NCBI RefSeq assembly: GCF_001186125.1
Contig: NW_014040548.1
Span: forward strand, 32,873-96,872
Length of the DNA stretch: 64,000 nucleotides
DNA from: Sphaeroforma arctica JP610
Taxonomy: Eukaryota
Direction of reading: 5' to 3'
Shown: positions 27,740 to 40,281 of the stretch, one piece after another
Layout: every line of letters begins with the position of its first letter
How positions within the stretch are numbered: the stretch's first letter is position 1
Notes under the pieces: model-generated
Told to the model about the DNA's origin: nothing
What the model saw: only the letters and a program-made list of their open reading frames with translations
The model's database searches: none
Position numbers and translations under genes: made by a program

Positions 27740-28680
27740 GCATGTGACTAAAAGCGTAAAACGCATGTGACTAAAAACATAACGTTTATGTACCTTAATA
27801 AAAATTGTTCGCTTCTCGTCCGCCTATGGTGCGGGCGGTTACCATTATGTTATATAATGACTCTAATAACAGTGTACTGTCCGCTTTCTTATATTATCAC
27901 AGGTTTGACGAAGCAGATAAATGTCCGTATCATCAGTCATTGACGGGTAAAGGTGGCCTCTACATGCAGTACCTACCCAATCCGTCCATATGTATTGGAC
28001 GATTATATTCTCGTGTTTAAATAAAGTTGTAAAGTCTTGATGTGTTATAGATTGTGGGAGTGTGGTGTGGTGTCCTCATGAGCATACTCGAGTTGAGCGC
28101 GCCTTCGGTGACTCCGTCACAGCGCCTTACACGTTCCGACTTCTACGTAATGGAGTTACATGTTCCGACTATTGTGTAATGATGTTGTACATTTTCCGCC
28201 TCCTACGTAATAATGTAACACGTTCCGACTTGGTACGTAATAATGTTTACATGTTCCGACTCTTGCGTAATGATGTTGTACATGTTCCGCCTCTTACGCA
28301 ATAATGTAACACGTTCCGACTTTTACGTAATAATGTTATCTAACTCAACACCATTCCGGGCGACTATGCAACACGCTTGAGGCTTCGGATTGCATACCGG
28401 CTCTCAAGTTTTCGCGCAAAGTTCAATGCGGCGTGTCCTCAGGGTTGCTCGCCTCTAAGTAAGAGTGAACAGGGTGCTCGCCTGTATTCTCAGCATCTAA
28501 AATAAACATACGGTCTATCCTGTCTACTGGGTGCCACGCAACACGCTCGAAGCTGCGATTAATAACCGAGCTCACACAAAGTCCAATGCGCCGTGTCCTC
28601 AGGGTTGCTCGCCACTGAGTTAGAGTCAACAGGGTGCTCGCCTGTACTTTAAGTATATATATATATACTTGCCATACACA
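27740..28680. mobile_element. Non-autonomous repeat element with ~30-bp tandem repeats and a duplicated ~170-bp module; copies at ~46005-46670 and a partial one at ~41440-41620
   Basis: About 7 copies of ACATGTTCCGACTTCTACGTAATAATGTT (28128-28340), followed by a twice-repeated GCAACACGCT...GTGTCCTCAGGGTTGCTCGCC...CAGGGTGCTCGCCTG module. The same order is seen at 46 kb. Confidence 0.7.
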
Positions 28681-30602
28681 ACCAGCACTTGTGTAACTAG
28701 ACCGCACGATCCACACTCGGGTAGAGTTCTCCGAACCTTCTACACTGGAATCACCACTCATGGGCGGATTTCTCTGAACCTTCCGCGCTGGGCAATAGTG
28801 CCGGCCTTGTAATGTTTGATCGATTTCGATTCGTTTGTAGCAATATGTTATGTGTGACGCACATCGCCTTATACTTGTGTGCATGGTAATATTATCTGCA
28901 TTACCGTGTAGTGTTTTGCTACGCTAAGTCATGCCTTTGCATGATTGATGTTTTGTATATGTCTACCAGCGGTGTGTCAGCTGGTGAGTATGTTTTATGT
29001 ATGTTGTATCTGTGCTATAACAACTTAACCAAAATAAATATATTCTATTTAATAATATAATAATAATTGTATGTGTATGTTGCTCTGTTGGGCTGGAAAT
29101 TGACCTAGAGTGTGTGTATATGTAAATATCTTATATACTCGCTAATATACCGTCTATCGAATTGTCTGTTCTTGACACGCGCATACCTGTAATTCACAGC
29201 CGCAGCTTCTGTGCTGTCGATTATATTTACATACACCAAAACATAATACTCTTGTGTGTGAACATAACCCCGCGCTTGCGTAAGGTCGCCACCTTGGCCA
29301 TCCATACCACTGACCAAGGCAGCTCTTACTTTAACCCATATGGCCTTGCAATCAACTGTATCCCGTGTATTATTGAAGACGTAATCAACTGGTAGTCCAC
29401 TTGTGTCATCAACAGTGGTATTCAATTTCCGGGTTTGAGTGTCACCCCGCCTATCCTTGGCGATGCGCAACACCACCTCGCAGTTGTAATCCACTTCCGG
29501 ACCCGACAACGCCTATATCGGTGACTCCCCAGCGTAGTATCCCAGTATCAACCCTTCTCCCGGCCACAGCAGTTTCTCCCGCGGCAGCACCAAAGCCCGT
29601 TAGCAAAAACGATACACAGCAGTTTCTCCCGCGGCAGCACCAAAGTCCCTTAGTAAAAACAGCGATCCTCCACCAAGCCATAGCAAGTCCTCCCCACGGT
29701 ACTGCCACCGCTCGGCAGTCCATTGTCGACCCATCGTCAAGCCACATCATGTTGTCGTCCAACCTTAGCTGTATTACCTTATAAAAACGTCCTGGTCACC
29801 TTCACATTGCCTCATAATTGTTTGCGTTATACTCGTCAGCGCACAGCAAAGTTTTTGATTGTAACTGATTGATGTCCCCAGCACCATGTTATGCATTGTA
29901 ATACCCACAACCCTATGGTGTCTTCTCAGTATAGGAACACTAGACGTGGCTCCTGGATATCTTATCGTCTGTGTCACCTCTCTGACACCTAAAAATGGAT
30001 TTGTACTCTTGTATTGACGTCAGCACCATGTAAAGAGTTCGGTGTGCGTAGAATCCTCGGAGTAAAAACATACTTGTTGATGAACACTTGTGTCCATAGC
30101 AGAACTATTAGCTGCACAATAACGTTTCCCCGTCATGTGTGTCATACCCTGTCTATTCTAAGTAACTTGTTTCCGCACATATACTTGCAACTACGTCACT
30201 CAGTGCGGTACGTACATCTTGTCCTTCCCACTTGTCTCCTGGTCATAGTATACCACAGTTGATCGACAGTGGCCTCTCTACCCAGGCATGTCCCGGTACT
30301 CACAAATCATCCCTTTTACGAGTGTTTGAGATGTTCTGCAAAATTTTGCATCAAACACGGACATATCCTTAAAAACATTTGTACTATGTTTGTGCGTCAT
30401 ATCTTGTAAATAGAAAAATATGTATAATATATATCTTTCATCCACGCGAAAGATAAAACAGCAGCTCCGTCGACAGCATAAATGACTAGCCGTATTGGTA
30501 GTATCGTAGAGGCTTTGTTCGCGAACAAATCATAAGCAATTGTCTATGACACCAGTCAAGCAATTTGCCAAGCAGTCATATACGTATGCGCCACATCTAA
30601 AT

Positions 30603-30647
<45 letters not shown>

Positions 30648-32099
30648 ACCATGCAACCAGCCCTGCCGCCTGCAGCATAATTAATCACTGTCACTCAGAT
30701 GATCGCACATCGTATATGCTAGCACATTGTGTAAGCAATACTGAGAGTATCCTTATATACTCCTCTTTCGAATGATTGGAAGGTCTGTAACTGACGGACG
30801 AAGTCAACCTACCCATAGGTAATGTCGTTATAAGCAAATCTTATACGTCAGCGCCAGTCTCTACCCCGCCGCCAGTTGAGGTGCCGTCGCGTCATGTCAC
30901 ATAAATATGAAAAATTTCCAAATTTGCTCAAAGGACTTTCTGTTAGTATCCGCCGTATGCGTTGAATATCCCTGAGCTGTGATGACGACGGTTATTGACG
31001 TCCGTGGGAAATTTACATCCAAGCCTGCCCCCAACCTTAGTAATATAGTCTCCTTGAAAATCTCTGTCGGTGCCCAAGTAATCACTTCCACCTTCGACAA
31101 GTTTTATATCCGTTTACACTTGAACCTTTTGTACGATCGACATATGTCGTCCTACAATTCCAAGTCAGCTCTGTATTAGTTCTACCCAATACTAGCTTGT
31201 AGTGTTGTCCTTTAGCCACCAGCATTTATTTTAACTGAATTTGTCACATCCACGAGCTCCTGTACAGTGATGACTGGCTCAGCCCTAGATGGACAAAAAT
31301 ATGAAGTTGTCCCCTGCGTATAGCTGGTAAGTTCAGAACTTGTAGAATCCGGTCGGCACCTGACAAAATTTGTCGTGAGTCCCACTCAATCGTATGGTCC
31401 GTATCCGTCCAGACTGTATTATTGCCTTAAGACGAATCAACCCATATACAGAAAATTGCCGAAATGTTTGACTTAGTAGCCGAAATAGCAAAATAACCTC
31501 CTGAGCATTTTGCACGTGTGTCATCAGCCCTAAGTTGTCGCTCCGCTTGATATCCCCTTTTATATGCTGTATGGTTTTATCCAATGCGGAAATCGATTAT
31601 TGAGTCTCAGACGATAAAAAGGTCTAGCGTAGTATAGACCTCTGCTTTGGTATTTCAACCGGAATTGGATCAGAGGAAAGTTATGTCGCCCCCTTATCAG
31701 TATGCGATGGCGACTATAAATGAATTCCAAGCAGTCGTTTCAACAATCGAACACAGGCTTTCTTGCTCACGTAGTAACTTCATTCATCGTGTAACAAAAA
31801 AAATCCATAACTAATTAATTTTAGTTAGCTTAACCTTTGAGGAACGTAATGTAATAAATACATTAGTTCGGTCACTTAAAAATGTGTTCAAAACCAAGTA
31901 ACACTTGATAAATAGTGTTAAGTCCGAAATAAGTGAACTCAGTCAGAAGTGCCATTGGAAACGGCGCAACTGCTATATTTATTAATCACGATCCTATATG
32001 GAACGAGACTTTTTGTACCACCGGGTTATGTGAAAATACTAGTCTCTATGGTTCCGGATGAGTCATCACTTTTATCTCATTAAATTATCTATTCCACTA

Positions 32100-32230
32100 A
32101 TCGGTCCGGTCCTCTGGTCCGGTCCCTAAATATTCCCCTAGGCCCGGTCCTCTGGTCCGGTCCTAAATATACCTCTAGGTCCGGTCCTCTGGTCCGGTTA
32201 TAAATTCCTCTCTCAGATCCGGTCCTCAGA
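32100..32230. repeat. Tandem CCGGTCCTCTGGTCCGGT-core repeats (~38-bp period)
   Basis: About 4 units read directly. A single unit also follows the dispersed-repeat copy at ~49476. Confidence 0.85.
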
Positions 32231-32929
32231 TCCTTTCCTAAATATCCGCCTAGGAAACTTTGTCCATATGCAGCGTGTATCATCGAGCCGTTCGTCAGCT
32301 AAGAGAGCACGTTTAGATATTGTTAAGAATATTCGTGCGCTTCATACTCCAACACGGAATACCAGTGCGCCAGCTGAGACGTATAAACATACAGAAAGTA
32401 GAAACATGGTCACAATTAGCTCCAATGACAACGCCAGCATAAATACAATCGTATCGTAGATATTTCAATAGCATTCGGCTGGAGCCATAACTTTAGGAAG
32501 GCACTTCCCAGTGCAGATTTACGTACGCACAACACATAACTACAGACAACGAATCCGCACGCATGGAACTGTATGTTTCAAATCGTGCTTAAGGCTTCAA
32601 AACGTATAGCAAATATAGTGTATTCGGCAGACCCGGACGCTTTGTTGAACGATGTTGCTACTTCGCTGGGTGCTAGTGAACATAATGCGTCTGCAGACCC
32701 TAACAAAACCATAGGCGGGCGAGTATTAGATAGTATTGTAAATGCATATAATAGAGCTCCCAAGAGCTCCTTGCAAAAGAGGGTTACTCGGGCCATACTA
32801 GTGAAAGCACTCACTAGAAAAGAAATAGATCATTTATAGGAGTGTGGCGAACTGACCTTATCTGGATCATCACGGGATGTAAGCTATGGAGACTGGACTA
32901 CGATGGATGCTGGTGATGCTCTAGGGATA

Positions 32930-35900
32930 ATATTATGTATTATATAAAAGGTAAGTTACAATGTATGTATGTTACAATGTATGAACATATGGTATGGCTC
33001 TCATAGCCGTTGTAGTGGTTCGGGAAAGATCGATGGGAAGAAGTGGTCAGTAAATTCCCGTTTTAAGCTTGGGCCAAGTGAGTCGACGATGGAGGATATG
33101 CGCTGAGTCAATTCGGGCCGGTGCTGACAAAACACTGATACCATCGAATGTGCCATGTATTCTCTTGCTGACCTACTAAGTAGCGTACCCACCTCTGTGG
33201 TACGGATCGGGTCTGCGCCATGTAGTGCCGTGGAATGGGTTAGTGCAGAGTGCGAAATACCGAGTAGGACTAGGTTATCCGTCATAACTCGGTCGAGGAG
33301 CAAGGATGGGGGTGAGCCAATGCCGCACCAGACCACGGACACATGCATTCGGTATGTTTTGGCTGGCCTGGATCGGAAGTATTATAGGCGGGACCAACAA
33401 GCGCGATGATTTGGTTTGAACTGAAATTTGGAAGTAGTACTTCAACAGCGTGATTAACCGGGGTATGGGGAACATCTGTTGATGTGTCAGAGACGGGTGA
33501 GGGTGCGGTGGTTCTTCTACATGCTGGAGAAAAGATCCAAAGTATTTGTGGAGGGTCCAGATACCGTGGAAGTCGTGGCACTCCTGTAATTGCTGGAGGA
33601 GGTTAGGGCTAATGGGCGGCAGTTTCGGGCCTACCAGGATGCGTCGAATCAGTTGTTGGATGCAGGTAAAGTGACTAGTGGTGAACTCGTGGCTACCGGG
33701 GCAGACAGGTGTAAACTTCGATGGATATTTCTATGTTTTAAACTATGTTATATAGGCTAAAATACAATTCAAGTCAGTTAGGATTTAGCAGTGGTAGCTT
33801 GTGTAAGAATGATCGGGACTGCCATTTGGTAAGCGCCTTAATATCCTTGATCACACAGGACGTACCTCTAGCTGTTCTTTATTGAAAAAAATACTAAGTG
33901 TTCATGACCACATGTCTAATTTGTAGATAGACAAAATAATGTAAGTCAAGTTAATACATTAGCTAATATAAATAAAGTTCCATCTGAAGAAAACTTAAAA
34001 AGAGAAAAATACTTATTGGATTTTGGAGATTGGCGGGAAGACCAAAACCTGTAAGTAGTAGTTCAGGGATTATAAAATTTAGTTTATAATATCTTACATC
34101 TACTATCGTCTCAAATAGGTCCAAGTAAATGAGTCATACCAAATACTCAGACTAATGAAGCCATCAAAGTGAATTTAGAACACTTTGCAAATATTGGAAA
34201 GGAAGAAAAATTATATATATATTTTTTTAAATACAAATAAAAACCAATGTATTATCTCATTTGATCTTGATATTTTAGACTGACCGGAGGCCGTATTTCT
34301 ACACAGGGCAGAGACAGCCGTCGGTGCAGTAGTCGAGCAATGTGAACAAGTACGTATTCGTTACAATCATAGCACATAGTCGAGGCAGCGGTTGAAGCTG
34401 TCGTGTCTGGCTTTGTCTCGGTGTGAGGTTGGCGGTTTATCCATAACCAGTTGTAGTAGTATTGGCGCCGGGCCATTGCCGCGATCTCCTTGTTGAACCA
34501 GTGTTTTGTTGAGTTCTTCCTGATGTCATCACAGCGTTGGCGGAGGGCTACTGAGTCGGGTGTACGCCCGCCCGTGGTTTTTTGTACAGTTTTCAGGTGA
34601 GCATAAATACTGTACGGGAAGCGCAGTGATGTTTTGTCGTGGGCCCAGGCGGGTTGCGTCAGAGGGGCGAGTAGATTTGTTCTGGCTATTGAGTCGAGTT
34701 GTATTCCCAGGCAACCTCCGAGGTAGTCCGCGAATGGTCGCGCGGGGTGCAGGCCACAAAAGTGGAGTAAGTTAGTTTGATGTTTGGGAAACCGAGGGTA
34801 TTTAGTGCCCGTGGTGATGGCTGCTGCTTGGATGAGTGCTGAGTTATAGCGCTCAAACAGGGGGTCCAACGCATCCTTCCATATAGGCGGAGCCAAGGCA
34901 ATAATGTTCAGACCATATGTAGCCGTGGATAGAATGAATGTTTTGAACAGCACCAGTCGGTTGCGGGGGTGTCGCCAGCTGAAGCCATGGAAGCAATAAG
35001 TGACAATGCTGCAACTAGAGATTCCATATGTCTGGCGAGGTTGATCCCTGGTATTCCGTGAGAGAGTTGGAACCCCGGATATTTGGAGTGTTTTGGTTTG
35101 GCTTATGTGGGCGCCATCTTCAGGGGAAGGTAACGTTTGTTCCAAGGTGCGTTTGCAAGCGTCGGCGTGATAAGCTCACCATTTATACGGAGGGTTGGCG
35201 CCGCGTGTCGCAAGTCAGTAGATCGTACTCGGGGTTTAATGACACCCTGTTCGAGGCCAGATTTGCGTCCCCACTCATCAATGTCATCTAAGAAGGGCTG
35301 GAGCGGAACCGATTGAGGAGCTTGGATCCGTGTGTCATCGACAAATAAATAAGAGCGGAGGAGCTTGTGCCAAAATTGTGCTAGCGTGACAGCTAGGGAA
35401 TCCATGTAGATAATAAAGAGCTGGGGGCCAACGATTGAGCCTTGTAGGATACCATTCGTTCTATGGAATAGAGGCGAGAGCGTGCAGCGGTATGTCACTC
35501 GGGTAGGGACGCTCTTAAATAGCGCGCGGAGGCAGTTGATCCAGTTTTCGGGCATTCCAGCGTGGCGCAGGAGTGCCCATATGTGTGGAAGAGCAACTTT
35601 GTCGTATGCCTTGGTAATGTCCAGACAGACGTCGTTTTACTCCTCTTCTGACTGCGTCTCAGATTCCATGGCGGCAAGTGCTTGGGTATGACAGGAGTAT
35701 CGTGATTTGAAGCCAGCTTGGGTAGCATGAGTAGCAGAACCGGGGTGGCTCGTAATCTGATTAAGAAAGCACTTTTCAAAGATGTGTCAGACTATTTGCG
35801 TATGCGTGATGGGGCGGAAGTCGGCGGGGGAAGTGATATATGCATCGGCTTTCTTTGGGTGCGATGCCAAGAGGCTGCAGTTCAGGGTTACAGGGAAGCT

Positions 35901-36110
35901 ACCTGCCTTCAATAGCTCAGTGAATGCTTCGGCAAGGAGTATAATCAGTGGGCTATTGGCGTCGGGGCGTCCTATTGTCCGGCGTTCGGTGGAGCGCTCC
36001 ACTACGGCCTTCAGGAGGAGGATGTGGATCCCGTCGGAGCCAGGCCCCTTATCGAGATAGCGTAGTATATCCTCCATTACTTCGGCATATTGTGGAAGTG
36101 ACAAGGGCGT
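32930..36110 (-). mobile_element. 5'-truncated non-LTR (LINE-like) retrotransposon: RT, CCHC motif and long C-terminal region; contains a solo LTR
   Basis: KGPGSDGI, DFRPITH, QAGF, LDITKAYDKV, NGILQGSIVGPQLFIIYMD, LFVDD, KYPGFQL, FKTFILSTATYG. The ORF ends near 33001 and is followed by a short TACATTGTAACA repeat and an AT-rich 3' end. Confidence 0.9.
33710..34303 (-). mobile_element. Solo LTR (594 bp) of Gypsy lineage A2 inserted in the LINE, with 4-bp TSD CAGG
   Basis: TGTA...TACA termini, with CAGG at 33706-33709 and 34304-34307. The empty site GCAGACAGGGCAGAG is present in the LINE copy at ~46935. Homologous to 24569-25123. Confidence 0.93.
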
Positions 36111-37339
36111 ATAGTGGAAATGACACTAAACATTTTTTAGGTGTCGTAAAATACAGCAGAGAAAGATTTAGCGAAGCACGCCTATAAGCTGCTATTAAGT
36201 TCATGCTTTTGGAAGATAGTGTTGTATGTCTAATATCATGGGGTACAAAGTCTATAAGGATTGGTTTGAATTCGACGAAGTTATATCATTGCCTGCACTC
36301 ACACGCCGTAAACCTACAGAGGTCCTATATAAGGACTATCTAGTGTCGGTTGACGAAGATGATCACATATGCAAGACTGGTTTCATGAATGTAGTGCTCT
36401 CTACATCTATTACCAACAATAATGAAAGAATTATAAAAGCGGTGGACTATGTAAGCGGATGTTGTGGATATGATGCAAACCAGAATAGAGGACTTCGCCG
36501 AAGACTCGACAGAGCACTCACGGCTGGCAAACTTAGTGAACCTCGACAAGACATTTATCAAACATCAATTAGATCACCACGTAATCAAGGAGGATATTAT
36601 TAACACACACGGACTAGAGTATGCACTTATGAACCAGGACAAAAATGTACCTATAAAAGATAGTGAGTGCAACGGATGCAAATATTTGCCCTGGGTAGTC
36701 TCCGAAATAAGGGGAACGGTGAGGCGGAGCGCTTTTGATGGTGCCGATGTCCAGCAAGATGCCTTGAACGTGATAGAGATGTGCCGCGATAAGTTGAAAA
36801 TACATCTACACGGGTCATCGCACCAAAGTCAAAACCCAGCAATACCACTATGATAAGATATTCAACGACATGCATGATCGTTGCCTACAGAATAAAGGCA
36901 GTACAAAATTCTTCACACTCATAGACTGGAAAATGAATTTCGACCCCATGTCATTTAGAGAAACAACTCACGAGCACTATGGTCAACGTGGCATGGGCTG
37001 GCATGGGTGTATGTCAATGTGCTTTGAGTACACAAAGTGGGAAAAAGAGGATGACAACGGAGAGATGATACAAAAGCATGGGGCAATATGTCGTATTGTG
37101 TATGGCGACCAAATATTGGAAGGGAAGAAAAAGCAGGATTATTCGTGTGTATATTCGATGATAGAGGCATATCTTTACGCAATCAAGGAACATCTGCCAC
37201 ATACTAAAACCACTGTGCTTGCATCCGATAATGCCGGATGTTATAAATCTGAAAGATCTGTTGCTATTTTTAGGAATACTAAATCTCACCGTCTTAATGG
37301 GTGTTGCATACGCACCTACACCCGAGGTAGTCACTTCTG

Positions 37340-40281
37340 GTCTTACTAAAATAGCTGCTGGCAGCTCAAAACAGTGGTTCAGCTGGCCCCAGTAGTCCAG
37401 CCACTGAAAGATGAATACTGTTTATGGTGGCTACAGATCTGAGAAACGTACAGTTGTATCTTTAGCAGGGCTATGAATTCGTCGCAGATCAACTACCTGA
37501 CGGTGTAACAAAAAAAAAATAGCTATTGTAAATGCACTCACTCATTTCAAGGATTACTTGTACGGTACACATTTTAACGTACTGTGCGATTAGAATTGGT
37601 TGTAACATCTAAAGGACATAAAATTCAACTCACAGTTGGTGAGTTGATGGCACATTCACAACCACCTACCGGATATGTTGCCACGCTTCGTACCGGACTT
37701 CAACAAGATGGTTCGCGAGTTACTAGCTACAGATTGGATGGCCAATCCTAGATGGGTTAAGATCGCAGACAACATCTATGATCCGCATACCATTAATATG
37801 CCGCGATACAGAACTTTGGAACATCCAATCGTTACCTTCGGACTTTGACATGGCAAGTTCATTGGAGAAAGTTATTATAAAGTGGTTAAGGCATAATCAT
37901 GCACTTGAACACCGGGGTAAGGTTAGGACTGAGAAAGATTGCAAATAAGTACGGAATTGTACACCCAACTCCTAAGCGATGTATATATCAGGTGTAGCAC
38001 GAATGTAACGACTGCGAGGTTAACCAGATCAAGCGCTACGAATACGCTCCATTGCGAAGCATATCAGAAGACAAGCCGTCCAAACACACGAAAAATAAGT
38101 ATGTCTGTCACGTGTTTGATGCTGCTTCAAAATATAACGTACTATATCGTCTGACAGATAAATCAACACAAACTGTGGCTGAGTGCATATAAATATGTTC
38201 CACAGATTTTGGCCGGCCAGCTATTGTATGTATGTTCCGATAACGGTAGTGAGCTTACAGGAGACGGTTTGACGACATTGTTACTTGTTGCGGTATCATA
38301 CCATAAGATGAGTGTATCTTATAAGTCTCAACAAAGTGCAAATAAGGTACGACACAGATAAATTAAGGAGTTTATGCGTGGAGCATTGCTAGATGACGCT
38401 GACATGTGGCCTTACTCAATTAACTGGGTACAGACACAACTGATCGAGACACCGAATTCAGTGACTGGTACAACGCCCGCTCACTATTTCAGAGGCAGAT
38501 ATAGTGAATTAAAAATACCTTCGAACAAGGATTCTCAGGAAGATCATGTGTTACCATGGTTAGAGAAGTTACGTCGTATTAGAGACGTCTTTTTCCTTGT
38601 TTAAGAGGGATGAAGGATACCGCACTCAAGAAGCGACAGAAGCGGTGGAATGATTGAAACAAAATAGTCGAGTTTGAGGTAGGCGATATAGTCAACATCA
38701 TGGCTCCCAACTCCGACACAACTGTGCTTACAGCTAGATATATTAAACAATTCAAGACTTCAGTGGCCGAAAAAAGAGAGGAACTTACGAAGCTAACAAT
38801 GTTGACAGTTCGGGCGCTCTTAACATCGGGACACATCGTATTCCGACGACAGAAATCACCCTTCGTCGCACACGTGAAGCTATTACACCTCTTATGTCTT
38901 ACGAGTTTAAGAAGATTCATGGGAAGGACAGACATGAGGACATGACTTATTACACAACGGAGTTTGCAGATGGGGCACAATACAATCTATCAACATCAGC
39001 ATTTGATGATCCAGAGGTACTGAAAGCTTTTAATAAAAAGTTTTGCAAACGCCTACACAAAAGTAAGGCTGATGCTGAGGCTATCTTACATATAAACAAC
39101 CGTCCTGATGTAGTCAAGGTATATTCGCAGACATCATTCATTCTAAGTGTCAAAGACAATGTAAAGTACGTACTCCTGAAAAGCACTAAAAAACGTCCCA
39201 TCCACCATCGGGGGCCACAAGGACATAAACCCAAACGTAATAGAGTAACCGAGTATCTTGTACACTTTGTATAAGAGAACATAGAATAATCATTGAGGCC
39301 ATTATATGATTGAAACCCGTTTCTTCTTTTCGCTTGTACAATTCATGTGGGCCTTTTGAGTCTATTTGCTTCACAACATTATAATTTTCAAGCTGAGGGG
39401 GGAGGGGGGGGGGGGGCTGTGTAAAATCAGCGGGTTCCTATAGTAGAAGCACATATTAAACGTATATTATAAATGTACGGACATGTAAACGTCATGCGGA
39501 TATAAAACCTGGTATACGTGAAACGCAATTGTAAATATTTGTAACTGCAAAATAGTCAAATAATCTAAATTTAGATATATTGAAATGCAGAAACAGACTA
39601 ACAACTAATTTATTATTTGGAAATATAATTGTATACAACAGATGTCGGAGACTCTGTTGATATTGATATTGGTGGTTTTTCTATAATGATATGTTTTCCA
39701 CCAGAATATTGGGATATATTAATTGGAGAGTCTGAGGTGAAATTAACACATGATGACACATGTAATAGTTCCGAATACTCTCAGCGCAAGATACCCCACT
39801 AAAAGATGGGGCATGAAAATGATCCCCCTTAGCCAGCCGACTATGTGTACCCGTTTATGCCTTCAATGGGATGGGGAGTTAGGTAGGGGTATATGTGCAG
39901 ACATTTAACTGCACCAACATGGTGTTTTTGATTTCTTTTATTTTTCTTAACTTGGACCCAAAGTTATTTTATTAGTAATTATTATTGGAGGATTGTTTTG
40001 AAGCATGAAATGACAAGGGAATGAAATATTATGCATCCAATGAAATGAAATCTGATCTTAATTACTGACACCAAATAAATCTAGACCTAGGTAGTGAGTG
40101 ATTAGAGCGGAAATATATAGACAATAATCTCAGTCTTAAATTCCCTAATCTTTAGCTCTCATTACCGAGGGCTGAAGCTAAACTTAAATTACATTGTGTA
40201 AATTTGCTTCTAAAACGTATTTCCTTTTACGCTAGTTTATTGGTATCGTTTATAGTCAGCCCGGTTAGCCCGACTTTTACC
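37340..40281 (+). mobile_element. Degenerate 3' half of a Ty3/Gypsy element (lineage A, copy A3): RNase H, MTase remnant, integrase, PPT and 3' LTR
   Basis: VATD, FSRAMNSSQINY, HFKDYLYGTHFNVLCD, NHLPDML; ECNDCEVNQIKRYEYAPL, SDNGSE; C-terminal YYTTEFADGAQYNLSTSAFDD; G-rich PPT at 39395-39416. Confidence 0.85.
39420..40281 (+). repeat. 3' LTR of Gypsy copy A3
   Basis: Starts TGTAAAATC just after the PPT and ends GACTTTTAC. Colinear with the solo LTR at 53738-54590. Confidence 0.88.

Larger units (their letters stand above)
32570..37260 (+). pseudogene. Sola3-like DDD DNA transposase relic, interrupted by a non-LTR retrotransposon (~32930-36110)
   Basis: Motifs SWGTKSI...ISLPALTRR, KAVDYVSG, H...THGLEYAL...ECNGC, LIDWKMNFDPMSFRETTHEHYGQRGMGWHG, KKQD and LASDNAGCY match the DWxMKFxP-RE-xGKRG-WH / SDNAGCY family, which I recall as Sola3. 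Assigning 32570-32925 to the same ORF is an inference. Confidence 0.7.

Noticed and set aside
28128..28340. ~30-bp repeats resembling a CRISPR array
   Set aside because: The units are head-to-tail with no unique spacers, there are no cas genes, and the context is eukaryotic.
29100..31600. Short ORFs that might be a decayed gene or transposon (also 40277-40669)
   Set aside because: No recognisable motifs or consistent splice structure, so no call can be supported.
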